Assembly (NCBI GenBank): GCA_964468055.1
Contig: CAYYKP010000032.1
Location: forward strand, 1-12,366
Direction: 5' to 3'
Source of the DNA: an uncultured Caldisericales bacterium
Lineage (GTDB): Bacteria > Caldisericota > Caldisericia > Caldisericales > Caldisericaceae
DNA: 12,366 nucleotides
A program made the translations under genes and the position numbers. This document shows, in pieces, positions 6,595 through 12,366 of the stretch; within the stretch, counting starts at the first letter, position 1; each line of letters opens with the position of its first letter. The notes beneath the pieces were generated by a model, which saw only the letters and a list, made by a program, of their open reading frames with translations, ran no database searches and was not told where the DNA came from.

Positions 6595-8482
6595 AAAAAT
6601 ACTTGCACTGTTAATTGTACTTTTTGTTTTTATAACATTACTGATTCCGTCAAAAAATGCATTTGCATCATATAGATATAACGAATGGCATTCTGATATC
6701 ACAGTGCAGAAAAACGGTGATTTACTTGTCAGGGAAGATTTGACGATGTATTTTGGCTCTCATGACGGAGGGGAGGCATACCATTGGTTCAAACGATGGA
6801 TAAATCTTGATAAAATACAGAATGTTACTGATATACAGGTATATGAAGATAAAAACGGAGAAGAAATTCCGTACAAAGCAGGAGGCAGTACGCCGGGAAC
6901 ATATACATTTTATAAGCAGAATAGTGCTGTTTATATAAAATTAAATTATGAAGCAAAAGATACCGTAAAACATTTTGTTTTGAAGTATCGTGTGTTGGGT
7001 GCGGCGCAGAGAGGCACAATACAATTTTTTGATAAGGATACTTTGATTAAATATTATGCAATACCTAAGGGAAATGAGGTGTCCATAGGAAAGGCATCCG
7101 TTGATATTCATTTACCCCCCGGTGCTGCAAAAAGCCAAATTAAAGCATGGGGTTGGGGCTTACCTGTTGGCACCGGAAAGGTACAGATAGTAAGCGGAAA
7201 GGAAGTAAAACTTTACGGAGAGGATATTGCCCCCGGAGAATTTGTAGGATTTTCAATTGTAATGCCGAAAGAGCTTATTATGAAGCCTGTCGGCGTTACC
7301 GTGCATCCCGGCAGTGGAGCGGATATCGAGAAACGGACTGCCGAGGAAGCTGCAAGGAAAGCAAAAATTGCAGGTATGAAAACATTGATTGGGATTTTGT
7401 TGTTTCTTCTCATTGCTGTTTTTATGTTCCTTCAATGGTATAAACATGGCAGAGATTTTAAGCTTCCCGAATATGCGGAATATGTGAGGGAACCGCCGTC
7501 CGATTTGTCTCCTGCGGTTGTCGGAGCTTTACTCAAACAAGGTGCTACGATAAAGGAAGTGATTGCTACAATTATTGATCTTGCAAACAAAGGGTATCTT
7601 AAGATGGAGGAGATTAAAGGCGGATTTCTGAAAGGCACAGACTATGTTTATACGGCAAATAAAGATAAGAGCACTGACAGTTTGAAACCATTTGAACAGC
7701 AGCTTTTTAATTATTTATTCAGCGGGCTTGACAGGGTGAAGCTTTCCGACTTGAAATACAGCTTTTCTCAGACCCTTCCCGCATTATATAAGTCGATAAA
7801 CAGAGAACTTATAGAAAATGATTTTTATGAAGGCGGAAGCCCTGCAAAAGTAAAGGCAAAATATTTTGGTATAGGTTTTGTAATGATTTTTCTTGGGTTC
7901 TTCGGTCTGTTTTTCGGAGCGATGCTCGGGCTTGGTTTTCTTGTGTGGCCGTTTATCTTGGGTGGTATAGTTGTGCTTGCTTTTGCTAATGCAATGCCAA
8001 GAAAATCCATGAAGGGTGCACAGGAAAGAATGAAATGGCTTGCATTCGAACGCTATCTGAAAGGGCTTCTAAAATATAAAAAAGCGGAAGAAGCAAAGGA
8101 TAAGTTTGCAACTTACCTTCCGTTTGCAATCATATTCGGATTGGACAATAGATGGATTAAGGAATTTTCACGAGTAAAAGCTCCTGCACCGATGTGGTAT
8201 ATTCCGTATGGTTACTATGGCGGTACGGCATATGGGAATAACGGAAACATAGGTGCTGCATCTACGCAAGGTTTCAGAAGCGGAGGTGGTGCTGTGAGTG
8301 GTATGGGGGACGGCATGCAGGGATTCTCCCTGGACTCCATATCTCATGGATTAAATTCGTTGCTCAACAGTTCTGCCACGGTATTTACTTCTACGAAGAG
8401 TTCGTCTTCAGGCGGAGGCGGTGGATTCTCAGGCGGTGGCGGATTTGGCGGAGGAGGCGGTGGCGGTTCTGCTGCCGGATAA
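6584..8482 (+). CDS. DUF2207-family membrane protein: signal peptide, extracytoplasmic domain, TM segments and a Gly-rich C-terminal tail.
   Basis: RBS AAGGGGGA at 6570-6577. Signal-like '[28 protein letters not shown]'. About 240-aa exported domain, then a TM helix ('LIGILLFLLIAVFMFLQWY'), a cytoplasmic segment, two further TM helices and a terminal 'SSSGGGGGFSGGGGFGGGGGGGSAAG'. This is the characteristic DUF2207 (YciQ-like) architecture. Confidence 0.7.
   Translation: MKNRKILALLIVLFVFITLLIPSKNAFASYRYNEWHSDITVQKNGDLLVREDLTMYFGSHDGGEAYHWFKRWINLDKIQNVTDIQVYEDKNGEEIPYKAGGSTPGTYTFYKQNSAVYIKLNYEAKDTVKHFVLKYRVLGAAQRGTIQFFDKDTLIKYYAIPKGNEVSIGKASVDIHLPPGAAKSQIKAWGWGLPVGTGKVQIVSGKEVKLYGEDIAPGEFVGFSIVMPKELIMKPVGVTVHPGSGADIEKRTAEEAARKAKIAGMKTLIGILLFLLIAVFMFLQWYKHGRDFKLPEYAEYVREPPSDLSPAVVGALLKQGATIKEVIATIIDLANKGYLKMEEIKGGFLKGTDYVYTANKDKSTDSLKPFEQQLFNYLFSGLDRVKLSDLKYSFSQTLPALYKSINRELIENDFYEGGSPAKVKAKYFGIGFVMIFLGFFGLFFGAMLGLGFLVWPFILGGIVVLAFANAMPRKSMKGAQERMKWLAFERYLKGLLKYKKAEEAKDKFATYLPFAIIFGLDNRWIKEFSRVKAPAPMWYIPYGYYGGTAYGNNGNIGAASTQGFRSGGGAVSGMGDGMQGFSLDSISHGLNSLLNSSATVFTSTKSSSSGGGGGFSGGGGFGGGGGGGSAAG
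8401..8482 (+). repeat. GGN-codon low-complexity tract encoding the Gly/Phe/Ser-rich C-terminal tail of the DUF2207 protein.
   Basis: 'ggcggaggcggtggattctcaggcggtggcggatttggcggaggaggcggtggcggt'. Its reverse complement produces the spurious poly-Pro ORF at 8344-8541 (-). Confidence 0.8.
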
Positions 8483-8509
8483 TTTTTATTTTCAGGAGGC
8501 TGAATTAGT

Positions 8510-10990
8510 ATGAAAAAAAGGGTACGTTCTAAAGTTCTCACTGCAGCAAAAGTTATTTTGCTTTTATTTCTTATCTTAGCAATCTCAGGAGGAACATTTG
8601 CTTTTATTTATATTTCGCAGTATTCAAGAGGCTTGCCGGATATTTCGAAGCTATCCTTTTCCCCGGATCAATCATCTCAGATATTTGATTACCAGGGAAA
8701 TCTTATAACAAATGTTTATGCATTTGAGAATAGAATATACGTGCCTTTAAGCAAAATTTCAGAAGTAGCAAAGAAAGCTGTTATTGCTGAAGAAGACCAG
8801 AGATTTTATAAGCATGGTGCACTGGATTACAGAGGCATAATGCGTGCCGCATGGGAAGATATTCGTTACAAGAAAATTGTGCAGGGAGGAAGTACGATTA
8901 CTCAGCAGCTTGCAAGAAGTTTGTTTCTTACAATGAATCAGACAATAAGCAGGAAAGTAAAAGAGGCATTACTTGCGGTAGAACTTGAAAAAAAGTTTAC
9001 GAAAGATCAAATTTTAGAAATGTATCTTAATGAGGTGTACTTTGGTTCCGGGGCATACGGTATTGAATCTGCTGCTGAAACGTATTTCGGGAAACATGCC
9101 TCGGATCTTACTCTTCCGGAAGCATCTATAATTGCCGGTGTAATTAAGGCACCTTCGGATATTAATCCGTTTGCTGATTTAAAATCGGCAAAAGAAGCAC
9201 AGAAAATCGTACTGGCAAAAATGGCAGATGCAGGATATATAAGCGAAAGTAAGGCGGAAGAAGCATACAATGCACCGCTGACATTTGCGGAAAAGAAACA
9301 GGTAAATGACAATATGGGTTATGTAATTGACTATGTAAAGCAAAAAGTTGCGGATAAGTTCGGAGGCAAGATGCTGTATGGAGGAGGGCTTAAAATCTAC
9401 ACCACAATTCGTCCGCAGCTTCAAAAAGCCGGGACCGAAGCAATTAACACCGTGCTTACGAAAGCGGAAAACGACGGTATATTTCCTAAGGATAAGAAAA
9501 ATTCTTTAGGGGTTATGCAGCCTCAATCTTCTTTACTTGCGCTTAACACAAAAACGGGTGCGGTTCTTGCTATGGTTGGCGGGCGCGATTATGGTAATAC
9601 GAAGTTTAATAGAGTGTTTGCGCTCAAACAGCCCGGATCTTCATTTAAGATATTTGATTATACGCCTGCTATCGCCGTAGGTTCTATCACTCCTTCATCC
9701 ATTATTTTATCCGCACCGTACACGGTTAAGTATGGAACTATAGGGCAGAGTTGGTCACCGCATGAATGGATTGGAGCTAATAAATATTTTGGAGATTTAA
9801 GCGTAAAAAGGGCATTGTCTCTCTCTTCAAATGTATGTGCTACAAAAGTAAGCCAGAGGATCGGGCTGGACCGTGTGATATATTTTGCACGCAAATTCGG
9901 CATTACTACTCTGCTTAAACCGTATCCGTCCATTGCTATAGGAGGCTTTGAAGTAAAACAATTAGAGATGGCGGATGCTTATGCGGCATTAGGAGATAAC
10001 GGAGTAAGGCACCCGGCATACGTTATTGATAAAATTGTTTCACCTAACGGGCAGATTCTATACCAGCATAAGGACAGATCGTATAGAGTTGTATCGGAGC
10101 AGGTTGCATATATTATGAATAAACTTTTTAGTTATGTAATGTCAACCGAGGTTAATGCAAGAATCAAAGGTTTACCATCTGCTGGTAAAACCGGAAGCAC
10201 AGATAAATGGATGGATGCCTGGTTTGACGGATATACACCTAATATTTCAGCAAGCGTATATGTAGGGTCTGATTCCAAGGCGGTAACATTCCCCGGTGTC
10301 CTAAACGCAGGTTCACGTTTTCCTGCAATGATATGGCACGAGTTTATGCTAAACGCAATGAATGAATTCTCGAAAGATGCATTTGCAAAACCGAATACGG
10401 GCTTAGTGCCTGCACGAGTTTATGATAATACGGGATACAGAAGCAGTGGCAAGGCATCGCAAAAAGGAACAACGGTATATGATTTTTTGCCAAATGCAGT
10501 TCCGCCGCTCGACATTAGGGCGAATGGTGTTGTTACCGTAAAGGTTTGCAAAGATTCCGGCTTGCTTGCTCCGACAGATTGCCCTGAGGATTTAACGGAG
10601 GAGCGAACTTACCTGAAAGGCAGTGAACCTACAAAAACAGATCCCCGTAACTTCTCGGGTGGTGTACCTAATAACCCGAACCCACCGGAAAATCAAAAAG
10701 ATATAAAACTTGAGTTTTCAACGGATAAAGATACTTATTCGGTAGGAGATTATGTTACCCTTAACGCAAAAATTTCTAACATTGATCTCACAGGTATTAA
10801 GGTAACTTTCTTTATTTATAATTTGCCGCTTGCAACTCTCACCCAACCTATAAAAAATGATGAATATTCTTTTAAAGTGCGTGCAACGATGCCGGGAAAG
10901 GCGAATGTTGCAGTAATGGTAAAAAATTCGGAAGGGCAAACTATTGCAACTATGCAAAAAAATATTATTATAGAAAGTAAAAATCCATAG
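8510..10990 (+). CDS. Class A (bifunctional) penicillin-binding protein, GT51 transglycosylase plus transpeptidase, with an extra C-terminal beta-rich domain after a Pro/Asn-rich linker.
   Basis: RBS AGGAGG at 8494-8499. N-terminal TM anchor. GT51 motifs 'EDQRFYKHGALD' and 'QGGSTITQQLAR'. Transpeptidase motifs 'SSFK' (SxxK), 'SSN' and 'KTGS'. C-terminus is linker 'PNNPNPPENQ' followed by a roughly 100-aa beta-strand-like segment. Confidence 0.9.
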   Translation: MKKRVRSKVLTAAKVILLLFLILAISGGTFAFIYISQYSRGLPDISKLSFSPDQSSQIFDYQGNLITNVYAFENRIYVPLSKISEVAKKAVIAEEDQRFYKHGALDYRGIMRAAWEDIRYKKIVQGGSTITQQLARSLFLTMNQTISRKVKEALLAVELEKKFTKDQILEMYLNEVYFGSGAYGIESAAETYFGKHASDLTLPEASIIAGVIKAPSDINPFADLKSAKEAQKIVLAKMADAGYISESKAEEAYNAPLTFAEKKQVNDNMGYVIDYVKQKVADKFGGKMLYGGGLKIYTTIRPQLQKAGTEAINTVLTKAENDGIFPKDKKNSLGVMQPQSSLLALNTKTGAVLAMVGGRDYGNTKFNRVFALKQPGSSFKIFDYTPAIAVGSITPSSIILSAPYTVKYGTIGQSWSPHEWIGANKYFGDLSVKRALSLSSNVCATKVSQRIGLDRVIYFARKFGITTLLKPYPSIAIGGFEVKQLEMADAYAALGDNGVRHPAYVIDKIVSPNGQILYQHKDRSYRVVSEQVAYIMNKLFSYVMSTEVNARIKGLPSAGKTGSTDKWMDAWFDGYTPNISASVYVGSDSKAVTFPGVLNAGSRFPAMIWHEFMLNAMNEFSKDAFAKPNTGLVPARVYDNTGYRSSGKASQKGTTVYDFLPNAVPPLDIRANGVVTVKVCKDSGLLAPTDCPEDLTEERTYLKGSEPTKTDPRNFSGGVPNNPNPPENQKDIKLEFSTDKDTYSVGDYVTLNAKISNIDLTGIKVTFFIYNLPLATLTQPIKNDEYSFKVRATMPGKANVAVMVKNSEGQTIATMQKNIIIESKNP

Positions 10991-11006
10991 ATAGAGGTGA
11001 TTGTTA

Positions 11007-12284
11007 ATGCTTGATCCCAATTTAATCAGGGAAAAACCTGATTTTGTTAAAAAGGAAATATGTAAAAAAAATGCGGATCCTGTGCTGATAGACAGATTCC
11101 TTGAAGTTGATGCAAAGCGTAAAGTATTGGTAAAGGAAATTGACTTATTGAGGCATAGAAGGAAGGAAATGTCGCAAAGTATCGGCAAAATGATATCCGA
11201 AGGAAAAAATGCGGATGATATTAAATCCGAGGTACGTGAAATTGCAAGTGAAATAAAAGATAAAGAAAAGTTACTTTCACAACATGAAACCGATTATAAG
11301 GATATATTGCTGAGGATTCCCAATATCCCGGATCCGAGTGTGCCATGCGGAAAGGACGAATCGGAAAATATTGTCGTGAAACTTTGGGGGGAGCCAAGAG
11401 ACTTTGGTTTTACTCCGAAACCACATTGGGAAATTGCTGAAAACCTTGATATTATTGATTTCAAAAGAGGAGCGAAGATTTCAGGCGCACGTTTTTATGT
11501 GTTAAAAGGAATGGGTGCAAAACTTGAGCGTGCACTTATCTCCTTTATGATAGATCTGCATGTGGAAAAGCACGGCTACAAGGAGATATTTCCCCCGTTT
11601 CTTATAAACAGGGCATCTATGTTTGGTACTGGACAGTTGCCTAAATTCGAGGAAGATATGTATCACTGTGAAAAAGACGATTTATTTTTAGATCCGACTG
11701 CGGAAGTGCCTGTTACGAATCTTCACAGAGATGAAATACTGAAAGAAGAAGATTTACCCGTTAAATATGTTGCATATAGTGCTTGCTTTAGGCGGGAAGC
11801 AGGTGCTGCAGGAAGAGATACGCGTGGTATAATCCGTGTGCACCAATTCAACAAAGTGGAAATGGTAAAGTTTGTTAAACCAGAGGAATCCAAAGAACAT
11901 TTGGAGGAGTTAATAGACAATGCGGAAGACGTATTAAGAATATTAGGGCTTCCGTACCAACTGAAAAAAATGTGTACGGGTGATTTGGGCTTTACCGCGG
12001 CAATAAAGTTTGACCCTGAAGTATATATGCCTGCACAGGATAAATATGTAGAAATTTCTTCCTGTTCCAATTTCAATGATTTTCAGGCAAGGCGTGCAAA
12101 CATAAGATATCGGACAAAAGGCGGGGAACTTCGCTATGTTCATACTTTGAATGGTTCGGGTTTAGCGGTGGGCAGGACGATGGCCGCACTGATTGAGAAT
12201 TATCAGCAAGAAGACGGTTCTATTCTTATTCCCGAGGTGTTGCAAAAATACGTCGGAGCTGTTAGAATAACAAAGGAAAATTAA
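11007..12284 (+). CDS. serS: Seryl-tRNA synthetase (class II). Start is the ATG at 11007 ([11 protein letters not shown]...); the track ORF begins at a TTG two codons earlier.
   Basis: RBS AGAGGTGA at 10993-11000. N-terminal coiled-coil arm. Class II core motifs including '[25 protein letters not shown]' and '[18 protein letters not shown]'. Only 16 nt separate it from the PBP stop. Confidence 0.9.
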   Translation: MLDPNLIREKPDFVKKEICKKNADPVLIDRFLEVDAKRKVLVKEIDLLRHRRKEMSQSIGKMISEGKNADDIKSEVREIASEIKDKEKLLSQHETDYKDILLRIPNIPDPSVPCGKDESENIVVKLWGEPRDFGFTPKPHWEIAENLDIIDFKRGAKISGARFYVLKGMGAKLERALISFMIDLHVEKHGYKEIFPPFLINRASMFGTGQLPKFEEDMYHCEKDDLFLDPTAEVPVTNLHRDEILKEEDLPVKYVAYSACFRREAGAAGRDTRGIIRVHQFNKVEMVKFVKPEESKEHLEELIDNAEDVLRILGLPYQLKKMCTGDLGFTAAIKFDPEVYMPAQDKYVEISSCSNFNDFQARRANIRYRTKGGELRYVHTLNGSGLAVGRTMAALIENYQQEDGSILIPEVLQKYVGAVRITKEN

Positions 12285-12291
12285 CCCTAAC

Positions 12292-12366
12292 GGAGGGGTG
12301 GCTGAGCGGTTGATGGCACCGCACTTGAAATGCGGCAGGTGATGAGCCTCGGAGGTTCGAATCCTC
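12292..12366 (+). tRNA. tRNA-Ser (anticodon UGA), a type II tRNA with a long variable arm. The 3' end is truncated by the window edge.
   Basis: Acceptor stem GGAGGGG. D-arm GCTGAGCGGTTGATGGCA. Anticodon stem-loop CCGCA-CTTGAAA-TGCGG, giving anticodon TGA. Long variable arm CAGGTGATGAGCCTC. T-arm GGAGGTTCGAATCCTC..., closely matching bacterial tRNA-Ser. Begins 7 nt after the serS stop. Confidence 0.85.

Noticed and set aside
8344-8541. Minus-strand ORF encoding poly-proline ('PPPPPPPNPPPPENPPPPPED').
   Set aside because: It is the reverse complement of the GGN-rich Gly tail of the DUF2207 gene, so a mirror artefact of low-complexity coding sequence.

Overview
AT-rich, gene-dense bacterial window with every credible gene on the + strand; all minus-strand ORFs in the track lie antisense inside strong + strand genes and are treated as spurious. 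The window splits into two blocks.

Block 1 (positions 54-4780) is housekeeping and translationally coupled: PlsY-like acyltransferase, S49 peptidase SppA (ATGA start/stop overlap with plsY), a Yip1-like polytopic membrane protein, a PcrA/UvrD helicase (TTG start overlapping the upstream stop) and a PaaI-type hotdog thioesterase.

Block 2 begins at a sigma70-like promoter (TTGATT-16-TATAAT, ~4777-4804) and is the accessory-looking part. It runs tightly, with no visible terminators, through: an unknown 167-aa helical protein; a Band_7_1/SPFH-like (YdjI-like) protein with a C-terminal double zinc ribbon; a possible unannotated 57-aa two-TM micro-protein; a DUF2207 membrane protein with a glycine-rich tail; a class A penicillin-binding protein with an extra C-terminal beta-rich domain; serS; and a partial tRNA-Ser(UGA) cut off by the window end.

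The SPFH/DUF2207/micro-protein module fused to a bifunctional PBP in one apparent transcription unit is the most interesting candidate for an undescribed cell-envelope system. All family assignments are from motif recognition by eye and need HMM or structure-based confirmation.
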